The notes under the pieces: model-generated
The model's input: the letters and a program-made list of their open reading frames with translations, nothing else
Databases searched by the model: none
What the model was told of the DNA's origin: nothing
Position numbers and translations under genes: made by a program
DNA from: Cetorhinus maximus
Taxonomy: Eukaryota
DNA length: 64,000 nucleotides
Reading direction: 5' to 3'
Assembly (NCBI RefSeq): GCF_964194155.1
Contig: NC_135880.1
Location: 216,132,001-216,196,000 of the forward strand
Shown: positions 51,066-62,822 of the stretch, one piece after another
How the letters are laid out: each line of letters opens with the position of its first letter
Numbering within the stretch: the stretch's first letter is position 1

Positions 51066-51290
51066 TTATGAACTTATTAAAAAACCCAGTTATGCCTTAT
51101 TAAAGAAGAATTTTTCAAGGGTTTTTACATTGAGACCAGCACCATAACAGTGGAAGTTCACCTGAATTTGCACATTGGCATGGGGAGCGGGGTGCAGGAG
51201 TGGGCCGGGGGTTGTGGGGGGAGGGGGGGTGCCTCAACAGCGCACTCTCTGGACAGACATAGAATTACAGATAGAAGCTTCCTGGATTTC

Positions 51291-51760
51291 CAAAACAAAA
51301 ACAAAATTAGCTGGGAAAACTCAGCAGGTCTGACAGCATCTGCGGAGAGGAATACAGTTATCGTTTCAAATCTGTACGACTCTTCATCAGAACTAAGGAA
51401 CTATAGAAATGAGGTGAAATATAAGCTGGTTGAGGGGGGTGGGACAGGTAGAGCTGGATAGAGGGCCAGTGATAGGTGGAGGCAAAGAAGGGATTTCCAA
51501 AGATGTCATAAACAAAAGGACAAAGGGGTGTTGGCGGTGGTGATATTAGCTAAGGAATGTGCTAATGGTGACATTAAGGGTAGAAAGCAGGACAAGCAAG
51601 TGACAGATAGCCCTAGTGGGGGTGGGGTGGGGGGAAGGGATCGATCTGGGGGGAAGGGATCGTTAACTGTATCCACAGGTGCTGTCAGACCTGCTGAGTT
51701 TTTCCAGCTATTTTTGTTTTAGTTTCAGCTTTCCAGCATCCGCGGTATTTTGCTTTTATT
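51291..51760 (-). mobile_element. PLE pLTR remnant with a short inverted end; hammerhead motif at 51355-51395
   Basis: Matches PLE 3' region; 12-bp TSD ttcctggatttc at 51279-51290 and 51761-51772; motif CTGATGA...GAAAcgat. Confidence 0.88.
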
Positions 51761-52152
51761 TTCCTGGATTTCTACCTTATTCTCTAATTTGCTGTCAGTT
51801 TCAGTGAAAAAAATGACACCAAACACTAACAGTTTAACTATCATTGCTACCGCAAAATCCAACCCTTAGTTTCAAAAATCACTTTAAGACGCCAGTATCT
51901 ACTAGGTCGAAGGCTGATTGTGCTTTCTCCCTCTATGCTCTAACCAGTTCAGTCTCTGCTTGAATCTATCACTATACTTAGCCCTATTCTCCTATTGAGT
52001 TGAGGGATAAATATCGGCGAGGACACAGAGTATCACCCTGTTCTTCTGCTCTCTCATTACTGCACTGGAGTGCTAGCCTAGATTTTTGGGACTTGAATAC
52101 AGTCTTCTGACTCTGCAAGAATGTGAGACACAGCTAACATAGTAAAATAAGG

Positions 52153-52562
52153 ACATAAGAACAAGTAGGAGCAAGAGTGGACCTTACGGCTCCTCAAGCC
52201 TGCTCTGCCATTCAATAGGATCATGGCTGATCTGCCTCAACTCCATTTTCATGCCCACTCCCCATATCCCTTGAACAAAAATCTGTCACCCCACTCTTAA
52301 ATATACTCATTGATGGAGCATCCACAACTCCATGAGAGTAGAGAATTCACAATTCTTTGAGTGAAAGAATTTCTCTTCTTCTCAGTCCTAAATGATCAGC
52401 CCTTATTATCAGACTGTATCCCCATCCCCCCCTCCCACCTTCTAGATTCCCCAGCCAGGGGAAACAACCTCCCAGTGTCCACTCTGACAAGCCCCTTCAG
52501 AATCTGGTATATTTCAGTTCGATTATCTTTCATTCTTCTAAACTCCAGCGAGCATAGGCCCA
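52153..52562 (-). mobile_element. CR1 LINE 3' fragment
   Basis: cataagaac tail; gcctgctctgccattcaataggatcatggctgatc consensus. Confidence 0.8.
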
Positions 52563-52760
52563 AAATATATCCTCAATTTCTTAAAGGATATCAAAGTAAA
52601 CTTCATGTAAAGGGTTATCAACTTTATGGAGAACACCACTCCTCTCACTATACAAATTGTTTTCAGAATCCTGTTTTAATTCAGAGAAAGGAAGTGGAAA
52701 GTTAATCCTCCATACTAAGAGTTTGCAACACGGAAGGCAGCCAAGTAAAACACTGATTAC

Positions 52761-52958
52761 CTGTGTTGGTAAAGGCTTAATTTTCCTGATTTCATCGATC
52801 CCCATCCTCTCTTCGTACCATTTTGCTATGAGAGTTTGCGGAGTATAGCGGTTATACCCGTCAGGGTTATACACGTTGCGCAAACGGTCCGCTGGCCTCT
52901 GGTAAATTGGGCATAATTCTTCATTTGAGAGAAATAAATTCTGCTTGTCTGCTGCCAT
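52761..52958 (-). CDS. CFAP68: CFAP68/C11orf1 homolog, first coding exon
   Basis: Kozak gcaccATGG; ...YTPQTLIAKWYEERMGIDEIRKIKPLPTQ|gtaatc resembles human YSNRTLMGNWNQERYDLRNIVQPKPLPSQ; syntenic position; predicted protein 251 aa. Confidence 0.85.
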
Positions 52959-53046
52959 GGTGCTAATGTGAGGGTCTGGTCTGGGAAGAGCAGCTCTCTG
53001 GGTTATGGCTGTGCAATTAACCTGAGCAACAATGTATGATGTATCG

Positions 53047-53060
53047 GTTGCCTTGGTAAT
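53047..53060. promoter_or_regulatory. RFX X-box-like motif
   Basis: GTTGCCTTGGTAAT versus consensus GTTGCCATGGYAAC, ~90 bp upstream of the CFAP68 ATG. Confidence 0.6.
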
Positions 53061-53400
53061 GGCATGTAATGACTGTCCCAGTACCCAGTTCTTTTGTTAA
53101 TTACATCACAGAGCCAGCAAAACAAGTCACACACTGACTTCCAATTGTGGACAACCATAATGAACTACAATGTTGATTCACTGTGATTCTACTGATAATT
53201 GTAGAAATCTAAAATATCCATTACCCTATATTCAGTGATAGTAAAGACAGAAAATGCTGGAAATACTCAGCAAGCCAGGCATCATCTGTGGAGAGAAAAA
53301 TGTTTAAGAACTAACTCTGTTTTTCTGCCCACTGATGCTGCCTGATCTGCTGAGTGTTCCCAGCATTTGCTTGTTTCAAAAAATGTAAAATTTCCAGAAT

Positions 53401-53605
53401 ATATCGCCGTCCCTTCACTGTCGCTGGTTCAAAATCCTGGAACTCCCTCCCTAACAGTACTGTGGGTGTATGTACACCGCATGGACTGCAGCAGTTCAAG
53501 AAGGCAGCTCACCACCACCTTCTCAAGGCAATAAATGCCTTGAATAATAAATAACAATAAATGCTGGCCCAGCCAGCGACACCCACATCCCGTAAATGAA
53601 TAAAC
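53401..53605 (+). mobile_element. LINE 3' tail fragment (4171-5900 family)
   Basis: ccttcactgtcgctggttcaaaatcctggaactcc...aataaatgctggcccagccagcgacacccacatccc. Confidence 0.85.
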
Positions 53606-54029
53606 AAAAACAAAAACCTGCAGTTCTTTTGCTTTTGCTACGTTCAGTGATTCCTGGTTCAAAATTTGTTTTCAGAATTTTACAATGAAATAAACTCAAG
53701 TATAGCATCACTTCAATGTGAGGAGTAACTTCATTCCTATAACATCACTGAACCAAAATAAATAATTAAAACGCCAATAAAATTAGTAGAAATAAAGACA
53801 TAGAATATAAAAGCAAAGGGTTTAATTCTAGAATGTTATGAAACATTGTTCAGGCATCAGTTGGAGTAGTGTGGATAATTCTGAGCACCACATTTCAGGA
53901 AAGATGCAGAAGCCTTAGAAAGTGTATTGAGGATGTTTATCAGAATGTTATAAGGGATGAGGGACTCCATGTCCGAGGAGAGGTTGCTGTTCTCCTTTGA
54001 ACTGAGAGGGTTACTGTTAGGCAACTGTC

Positions 54030-54425
54030 TGTCTCAGGAGACTGCGACCCTCTCACTTCTGCATTGAGCATTGTCTGTTGTGGCTGTACAGGTTGATTCA
54101 TGAGTGGCAGTCCCTTCTGTAGCTGGCACAGATGAATAGCACTGGCCCGAGGCCAACTGATGCTTTTTACTTCCAACGGGCTGTCTTTTCCACTGTCTGG
54201 TCATTGCTTTTGCCCTCTGCTTTTTCCACGCCCTTCTTAACTGCTTGTCTCCAGGTACTCCGGTCAGCAGCGAGGACTTCCCACGCATCAACTCCGAACA
54301 CAGTCAATTTGAAGTTTCGCTTGCAGACGTCCTGGTACAGTAACGCAGATGTGGGCGACCTGTCGATCTCATGTGAGTAGCTAGCTCATCATAGAGCATA
54401 TGTTTGGGGATACGGCCGTCATCTT
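54030..54425 (-). mobile_element. RTE-clade LINE 3' fragment, inserted into an older CR1 fragment (~53790-54645)
   Basis: Minus-strand translation DGRIPKHMLYDEL...GRPHLRY, DVCKRNFK, WEVLAADRSTWRQAVKKG is characteristic of the RTE ORF C-terminus. Confidence 0.8.
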
Positions 54426-55869
54426 TCAAAGAATTTCAAGAACACTCCACGTGGGAAGGTGTTGAAAGCTGATTTAATAAAAATCTTAAAAAGGGGGTTG
54501 GAGGGGTACCATTCTTAAGGATGAGGAACTTACTTGGTTATGGACAAAAAGCAGAAGGCGTGGGACAGTGTGATTGTGCTTTCAAAGAGCCAGCACAGGC
54601 ATGATGGGCTGAATGGCCTCCTGTGCTGTAAGTTTCTATAATTCTGTGTAATCACTGACTAGCCACAGGTATGAGCACTGTAACTGATTTCACCACATGC
54701 ACTAAGTTTAGTAGGAAACATCTTGGACACAACACAAGTCAATGTATCTGTATATTTACTTAAACATCAGCCACCATTCAGTGTGAACCTTTACAGCCTT
54801 TCTCTTAACCAAACTTTGGAATTAGGGCATGAATGTAACAGACATAACACATCTTAGGGCAGCTTCTAGGCGGTTGTACAGCTGTTGTGAACGGTACGTT
54901 GATGTAATCAGAGGTTTCATGCTGAGAATGTTGAATCGCATAACAAGATGAATTAGAGGCGTTCCCAATCTCTATCCAAATCCTCCCCATCTCTCCATCC
55001 AAACCCTTCCCTGTTCGCCATTCAGGCCCTTCTCTGATCTCCATTCAGAATACAGTTAGATGCTGTTTGCCTTTAGTTGTGATCTTCTGGTCATCATGAT
55101 GCGGGGATTTGACTTTCCTGCCTGTAAATTCCACATGTTCTTAGGCCTTTCCCCATGACGTGCTCTGTGGAAGCAGTTTGTTATTTATTAGTTTGGTTCA
55201 TTTTCCGCTGATGGTCTGGGGCGGTTAACTGATTATTCAAGCTGAGCATGATGGCTGCGACCCCTCTTCACATGTTGCTGATTTTACAGCCTTGTTAACA
55301 CACCCTGCTAAAGGTAACCAAGGGATTAAATCACACAGAATGATCACAAAACTCTCACCCAGTTTGCATTTCACCCCATCATTATATCAACAAAAACAGA
55401 TGCTTTTGGGGGCATCCGGATTACCTGGCTTTTATTTTTCAAATCAAAGGTGCAACTAGCTACATCTGGATTTACAGTTAGCCACATGTGGCCAGTGGCT
55501 ACCATATTGGACAAGGCTGCTTTGGTAACATCACAAACTTTATGGTCTGTAGAATGGAATATTGTGGTGTAAATGACAGAGTTGGATTTATTGGGTAGAC
55601 ACTTGGCTAGTGGAAAAAAATAATATGGGTGTGGGAGAGAGGAGCTAAATCAAGAGTTGAGAATCCAAAAAATAAAAACAGGAGTAGGCTTGGAAAAAAG
55701 GAATGGAAGGATTTTTTTTTTTAAAAAAAGGGGGAAGAAAGAAAGAAAGAATTGAAGGAAAGGTATGCAGCTGGAAATAAAGCAGAGAAGAGCATAGAAA
55801 CAAAGGTGCAGGGAAGAATGAGCAAGAGGCAGCGTGGGTTTGAACCTGCTGTCCTTTAGTAGCTTTACC

Positions 55870-56230
55870 ACAATGGGCTTGTGTCGCTGTTTTTCCAGCG
55901 GGTAAGTTGGTGGGACGGAGATTGGAGAGAGACCCGGCCAGTAACTAGGGTCCCGGGGCTGCTCTGAGTGTTGTAGGTGGGATGTGACCGGCTCGCTGTG
56001 TGTTTTTGCAGGTCTAGGTTCTGGTCTAGGTCTAGATGGTCTTTGGCTGCGCTGGGCCTCGGAGCTTTATTGAAAGTTCCTCTGCCTTTGGGTGGCTGTG
56101 GAGAGCGAAAGGCCGCCCGGGGCTGCCGAGGAGGAAGTGTCGCGCTCCGGAGCGGTGTAGGGAGGTAAGAGTCGGAGGGGGAGAAACAGCATGTTCCTCT
56201 CGGACTGGACCCACTGCACAAAACAAGCCA
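55870..56230. promoter_or_regulatory. CpG-rich bidirectional promoter / non-coding first exons for FDXACB1 (+) and possibly CFAP68 (-)
   Basis: Local CpG cluster; ETS-like GAGGAAGTG at 56131-56139; + strand donor GAG|gtaaga at 56164; acceptor ctcag at 56972 upstream of the FDXACB1 ATG. Confidence 0.65.
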
Positions 56231-56454
56231 ATTATTCGGGGACCACACTAAATAGGCAAAGGGTGGCACCATTGCAGTGTTACACAGGCTGCAAGGAGTG
56301 ATCCACTGGTCATTCATGAGAAGTGGGGGAAACTGCACTGCGTCTCACCAAGTTACAATTGACCTGGGTGAACTTCATGCTGCCTGGGTGTGTGAGATGT
56401 GAAGTGTCCTATTGTATTGTGCAACGCTAACAATCTTCATCCTGATGAGTGCAA

Positions 56455-56835
56455 CAATTCAATAACGACTTTCATTTGTATAGAGCCTCTTTCAGGTAAT
56501 AAAACACCCCAAGGTGCTTCGCAGGAATGGCATCAAAGATATTTTGACACCAGCCACATAAAAAAGATATTAGGACAGTGGCTCAAAAGCTTGGGTCAAA
56601 GAGGCAGCTTTTCAGGAGCATCTTAAAAGGGGTGATGGAGATAAGAGAGGTTTAGGGAGGGAATTCCAGAGCTTAGGGCCTCAGCAGCTGAAGATATAGA
56701 GCGGCCAACGGTGGAGCAATTAAAATGCTTAAAAGTCTAGAATTGGAGAAGCACTGAGATTTGAGGGTTGTGGAGCTGGAGGAGATTGTGACAGAGTTTG
56801 GGAGGGGAGAGGCTATGGAGGGTTTTGAAAACTAA
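56455..56835 (-). mobile_element. L2-type LINE 3' fragment
   Basis: Homologous to 21480-21925 (gggaattccagagcttagggcct...ggtggagcaattaaaat). Confidence 0.7.
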
Positions 56836-56985
56836 AGAAATGAATGGAAAGTAAAGGTCCTTTCACTGATTGGCGATTCATCAGTGATGGACAGACCAGT
56901 TTGAGTTTGTATGGCTTTTAATTTATTAGAGAAGATGTTTGAAATGTTTGCCTGGTATTATTGCCTCCTCAGGCTCGAATAGGCA

Positions 56986-57160
56986 ATGAAACAGGGAGGC
57001 AGCACCTTGCTTGTGGGCGAGGGGAACTTTTCCTTTGCTGCTGCGTTGTGTGATCGTGTGGACAGAAACTGCTGGATCATTGCAACCTGCTACGAAAGTG
57101 AAAAAGAAATAAAGAAGCATGAAAATGCAGTCGAAAATATTGCCCACCTGTTAGAAAGAG
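56986..57160 (+). CDS. FDXACB1: Ferredoxin-fold anticodon-binding domain protein 1, coding exon 1 (Rossmann-like DUF2431/BMT5-type start)
   Basis: MKQGGSTLLVGEGNFSFAAAL...IATCY...LLER+G|gtaagg; 175 nt. Confidence 0.95.
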
Positions 57161-57384
57161 GTAAGGAAGCAGTCCTGATGGGGAAGGGGTGGTGTTTGGA
57201 ATGCAGAGAGTGTGAAAAAAGAAAAATTGCAAAGGCTGAAATCTGAAATAAAAACTTGAACTGCACAGTAGCTCTGAAGGAGAAAGGCTGGTTAATGTTT
57301 GGTGGCATCTTTCATCCAAATTTATTTCACAAGTCAAGATGCTTAGGTGAAAAATAATATAATGTTATATTCACTTGCTTCAGT

Positions 57385-57965
57385 TGTACAGGGCATTGGT
57401 GAGACCACCTCTGGAGTACTGCGTGCAGTATTGGTCTCTGTTTAAGGAAAGACCTAAATGCATTAGAAGCAGTTCAGAGAAGGTTCACTAGATTAATACG
57501 TGGAATGGGCGGGTTGTCTTATGAGGAAAGGTTGGATAAGCTAGGCTTGTATCTGCTGGAGTTTAGAAGAGTAAGAGATGATTGAAACATATAAGATCCT
57601 GAGGGGACTTGACAGGGTAGATGTAGAGAGGATGTTTCCTCTTGTGGGAGGACCTAGAACTCAGGGTCACTGTTTAAAAATAAGGGGTCACCCATTTAAG
57701 ACAGAGATGAGGAATTTTTTTTCTCTCTCGGAGGGTTGTGAGATTTTGGAATTCACTTCCTCAAAAGGTGATTGAGGCAGAGTCTTTGACTATCTTTCAG
57801 GCAGAAGTGGATAGATTCTTGATAAGCAAAGGAGTGAAAGCTTGTCCGGGGAAGGCGGGAATGTGGAGTTGAGGTTAAAATTAGATCAGCCACGATCTTA
57901 TTGAATGGCGGAGCAGGCTCAAGGGGCTGAGTGGCCTACTCCTGCTCCTAATTCATATGTTCGTA
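57385..57965 (+). mobile_element. CR1 LINE 3' fragment in a FDXACB1 intron
   Basis: LVRPPLEYCVQYW; IETYKILRGLDRVD; FKTEMRNFF. Confidence 0.9.
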
Positions 57966-58280
57966 TGTATTGTTAGTTACCCATTTAGGAAGAATACAAA
58001 AAAGTTAAAGACAACACTGTCTTCCACACCAGAGTTAATTTATGATGTAACTTCCAGTTCAAATCTATAGTAGTTTCAGCTTTGAAACTGTCCAAAAGCT
58101 ACTATAATGATTGTACTGCAGTAATTTGCACCTTGTCTCCATCCACCTTTTATTCCTTTCTTCCATTACGACCCTTTCTTGCCTTGCACCACCATCCCTT
58201 TTGTCATTTTTGTTCTCTCACTCCCCTACCTCTGCCTCACCTGTACTAGCTTAAAACCTGTTGCATTTTAAACTTCTTTC

Positions 58281-58319
58281 CAGTTCTGATGGAAGGTCAT
58301 CGACCTGAAACATTAACTC
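58281..58319 (+). ncRNA. Degenerate hammerhead motif of another PLE family
   Basis: cagtt-CTGATGG-a-aggtc-atc-gacct-GAAA-catt-aactc. Confidence 0.5.
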
Positions 58320-59362
58320 AATTTTTCTCTCTCCGCTGCTGAGTATTTCCAACGTTTTTCTGTTTTTATTTTCTGTTTCTCTGCTGGGTTGCACGTGGTG
58401 AGAATTGAGGTATACTGTAAATAGTGGTCAGTTTGATTTAAATGCTTCTGATAGATGTGCACACCAAATAAGCTAACATCTTACCTAATCTGCCTGTAAA
58501 GGAGGTGTTCACTTGCAAGAAGATGGATGGAGAATGATTTGTACCTTGGGTGTTATTGTGACAACCTAATTTGGCTCTTAGATTTTCCTACTTAAATTGA
58601 CTCAGTCACTGAAGCCTGCTTTAGTTCAGCCATCAACTGGAACCAGTTTGGCTGAAGTGCCATCTAACTCTACTCTCATCCCAGACAAGTTAAGGATTAA
58701 TGGGTCACAAGAGAAATACCTACTTTATTCCAAAACTGAAACATCAGGCAAACATGATGGCAGTAAAATCATTAGTAACTGGACTATTATAGTGATATGT
58801 AATTTTTTTTAAAAGTTAGCATTTGGACTAGACATTGTCTAGATTAAAGTAGCCATCATAGCACCATTCATTTTAAGATAACACGGTGTACTAGCATTCA
58901 TAATTATTTAAACTTCTAATTCCAGGATGTTATGCTGAAAAAAAGAAAATGGAAAACTTTTATGTAATATTTTTCTGAAGTAATTGTGAGCAAAACGATG
59001 GCTGTACAGCTGGACTTAGAGGAGTGATTAGGAGTTTATGAAATGTGGCAGCTCATCTAATAATGTAAAATCCTAATTGAGGTAGCACGTAGAGACATAA
59101 CGCGGTATGGTAATATGGCTTATCAGCTAATTTTAATATAATTGATTGATTGTATATTGTAACCTTGGAGATGGGTGCAGCATAAGATAGCATATCTGTA
59201 ATGTTCAGTTTTGAGGGTTAAAAATATGTACTTGGCAAAGGTTGTCCCTTCCAGTTTATATGGTAATGAAAGAAGTTTCAGTGATGCTCAAAACCTGCCA
59301 CTTTATAATATAGACAGGAACCGATTACAACAGCATATTAATCCTTGACCATTATCCTTCAG

Positions 59363-59519
59363 GAGCAGAAGTTTACTTTCAAGTGGATTGTACCAACCTC
59401 CAAGAATGTCCATGCTTGAAAAGCAGGCTGCTTGACAGGATTATCTTCAATTTCCCTCACTGTGGCAGGAAGGCTGGGGTGAAAAAGAACAGAGAGCTAC
59501 TGGCTAAATTTTTTCTGAG
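59363..59519 (+). CDS. FDXACB1: FDXACB1 coding exon 2 (not in the ORF track)
   Basis: ccttcag|AEVYFQVDCTNLQECPCLKSRLLDRIIFNFPHCGRKAGVKKNRELLAKFFL|gtgagt; 157 nt. Confidence 0.95.
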
Positions 59520-59768
59520 GTGAGTTTTGAAGATGTATATCAAAGTCTGCAATGTCCAGTGTTGCCTTAAACATTTTTCTGCTTAGTGTGCAATGATTGT
59601 GATGGAGCTCATGTGGAGAATCCTGAGTCCTGCTTTTTATTTAGATATATCTTATCTTCTTTTATTCAACATTGGCAGGCTATTTGCATATTTCTGTAAC
59701 TGTGGTATATATGGGGTGTGGGGTATTAGTAAGAGAAAAAGGAGGGGAAAGGTCACAGTCACGGTGAC

Positions 59769-60723
59769 TGTTATGATATGGCAGGTGGTATTTGCCAGGT
59801 TGACCAAATCCCCAAGGGAAACTTGGCCACACTGTCACAACAAATTTGCAATTTGTATTTATTATGAGAAGGCTTGAACACTGAAGTGAGAAGTAATGAG
59901 TCCATTACCACCTTTAGAGATTTTAAAGATTAATTAACAGAATAACAACAAACTTAAACACACACAAGATTACAATTACACGGTTATAACAGTTCCCAAA
60001 ATTTCTACTTAACCAGACTCCCAACTACACACCCTTTAAGGCAACAGTCCAAATAGTTTCCAAATTTATAAAGTCATCCATCAATATTACCACAAGCACC
60101 CACTGGACAATGGAATTCCAAAAGCTTTTAACACAACTTTGGTCACTGGAACAGCAAACTTCTACAGGATGGCTAGAGGCTCCCCCCCCCCAAGTCTGTT
60201 TCACACATTCACCTTTCAAGATCTCACACGGCCACACCTCACACAGCCTTCCATCCTTCTTTCAATATATTTCTCCCTTTTTGATCTCCCTTTTTATCTC
60301 CCATTGTTTCCACTTGTCTTTAGAAGTTACTTTTCCCAGAATATAAAAATCTTTCAAGTTCTCATTATGGCCAGAACTTTTGGAAAAAAATCAACATAGT
60401 AACCTTGCCTTATTTATCTTGCCAGTTGTAAACATTCTCCATGTCCCTTTGAAAATCAAACACCTCCACTTATCTAAAAGTGAAAATTTCATTCACACCA
60501 TATCTGCTGACCTCGCCCTAGCTTTACCCATCTCCATTTCAAACGCCTGTTTTACACCTCACTTCTTTGATCATATAAATCTTGCAGCCTAATCATCTCT
60601 AGTTTAATTAAATTAGACACACGCGCCGCCACCCCCCCCCCCCCCCCCCCCCCCCCCCGCCCCACACACCTGTTTAAAAATATCCCACAATAATATTAGG
60701 AAAAATATGATAATTCCTTGACA
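59769..60723 (-). mobile_element. Solo LTR (955 bp)
   Basis: TGT...ACA termini; 5-bp TSD gtgac (59764-59768, 60724-60728); similar to the LTR end at 4085-4170. Confidence 0.8.
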
Positions 60724-62302
60724 GTGACAAACCTCTTCAAAATTTCATTCACTCCACCAGGGAGTAGATTATGGGGCAGGCGGTGTCAGTTTTCCACTAT
60801 CTGAGATGAATATTAAGTAACTTGATTGAGCATGAAGTTAGCTTGCTTGAGTGAGTTAGATAAATTTGAGTGGGGGGTCAAACCTGTGATCGAAACCCAT
60901 GACATTCTAGCAACATGTCAGCTTCGGTTAACGTGAGTGGACAATGGCATCATAGGTAATGGGGAAGTCATTATGAGATTGAATCGCTATGTACATTGGT
61001 TTGTGAGTGAACAATATAAGCATATATTGGGAAGATGGCAATGTCAGGAAAAAGGACTAACTTGGAAGATGCATAGTTGGAACTGAAATGTATATTTGGT
61101 AATTGGAATTTTTCCCAAGTAAGATCATAAGAAAATGATGAAAAAAATATGATCAGAGATGATGAATAGAGTAAAGGCTAACCTTACTGCTAATGGCCGC
61201 CATGTTTCCTATAATGCAACATGATTATGCTTAAAAACTACTTGATTGGTTGGAAAGCACTTGAGAACTGTCTGAGGCCGTGAAAGGAGCTAGATACATT
61301 TCTGCAAGTAATTTATTTTAAGGAACATACAGCACAAGGCCATCTGTAACTAAAATGTAAGAATGTATAAATGGTGAAATATGTAAAGTGAAAAAACATC
61401 ATTCTCTCTGGACAATGGCCATTAACTATCAAAAGCCTCTTAAACTGAAAAACAGATTTATTTAAATTTAAAGGTTTCCCACTTCATCCCCTTGCATATA
61501 CTGATAAATATGGAGTTTGGTGACTAATATTTTTAATACCACGATTAAAAGTTTAGCTGGTAGCAATTTGGTGCAGTGCCTCTCTCTGTCCTATGATCTG
61601 TAATGACAAAAAGAATAAAGCATTTGATCTGACACCAGTTAGGTAGAATTGTTGGATGTTCCCAAGGGAGAATTTTAACTCTTGGCTAGGAAATGGTGAG
61701 ACATACCGGCCACTGTCTGGGAGTTGCAGTGGGAGAGGCCAACTCCATTTTAACAATCAGACCCCAGTAACATCCAGTAGTGGCTGAAAGGGGCTTACAG
61801 AGAGAAGACCACTAGGTTCCTGTCCCAATCTTCAAGCATCTGAATTCTAAGCTTTACATTACCAAATCACTGATTCATTGTGCTACTATAGTCACCCTTT
61901 TGACCTTGGTCCTTAACCTCTCCCTCTCATGTTCTTTTCATGTAGTGTCCTCATTGTTCTTAATAATAACTTATAACATGATTTTACAATGGAGCAAGGC
62001 AAGAAGTTCAGCTCCAGAAACTACCTCAGCTGTTACAGGGATTGAACCTGCACTGTTGCTGCACCGCCATTTAGGCAACTGAGCTAACTGCACCCCATAC
62101 CCACCAGCCCCCCGCCCAGGCCCTTCACCTACCTTTCCGAATTTAAATAATGTAATTCATGCTCCTTTAATGTAGCCTTTTGCTTCCTTTCATTGGCCTA
62201 AGGCCAAAAGGGTGACTAAGGGGGGTCAATGAATCAGTGATTTGACAATGATATTCGCTTTGCTGACAGTGGTGATAATATTGTTGTGGTTTTCCTTTTC
62301 AG

Positions 62303-62506
62303 TTGCGCAGGTATCCTAACTGCAAAAGGTGATGTTCACGTTACCCTATGCAGGGGTCAGGGAGGGACTGCTGCTGATCAGCCAACTCGAGAATGGCACA
62401 ACAGCTGGCAAGTTGTCGCCATGGCTGCGAGAGCCGGGTTCATTTTGAGCAAAGTGCAGCCATTTGACTGCACACATCATTATGGCTACACAAGCACTGG
62501 GTATAG
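62303..62506 (+). CDS. FDXACB1: FDXACB1 coding exon 3
   Basis: ttttcag|CAGILTAKGDVHVTLCRGQGGTAADQPTREWHNSWQVVAMAA...GYTSTGY|gtaggt; 204 nt. Confidence 0.96.
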
Positions 62507-62822
62507 GTAGGTGGTTAGCAGGCTAATCAGTTCTCAATGTATTTTGCATGAGCTGTGTCTGAACATGGTTTCCTTATTCCTCATAGAATCTACAAAGTGA
62601 AGTATAGGTGCTGGAGCCAGGCACCTTCAGAAAATGTTAGTCATTTTAACATCATAACACTCAATGCTGTAGGTGACGTTTGGTGATTTGAGCACCAATG
62701 CCTGAAATTTCATTGTCCACTGTTTAAATGGGAGATGTTAATGTATTTATCTGAAATGCTTATGTTAAAATTCCCCCTCCCCATCTGCTGATTTAATTCT
62801 CTGTAAAGCTCTTACTAATGGA

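Larger units (their letters stand above)
49689..51865. mobile_element. MITE-like element hosting a solo LTR and a PLE remnant
   Basis: Imperfect TIRs gggcctggattttgc (49689-49703) and gcaaaatccaaccc (51852-51865); no clear TSD. Confidence 0.5.

Noticed and set aside
55865-56338. 157-aa minus-strand ORF
   Set aside because: Lies in the GC-rich promoter with a short ggtcta repeat, has no recognisable domain, and is the kind of chance ORF expected there
60632-60658. Long poly(C) run (also 10160-10181) as a functional G-quadruplex element
   Set aside because: Both are expansions of short C-runs inside repeats, and homopolymer length is unreliable in assemblies
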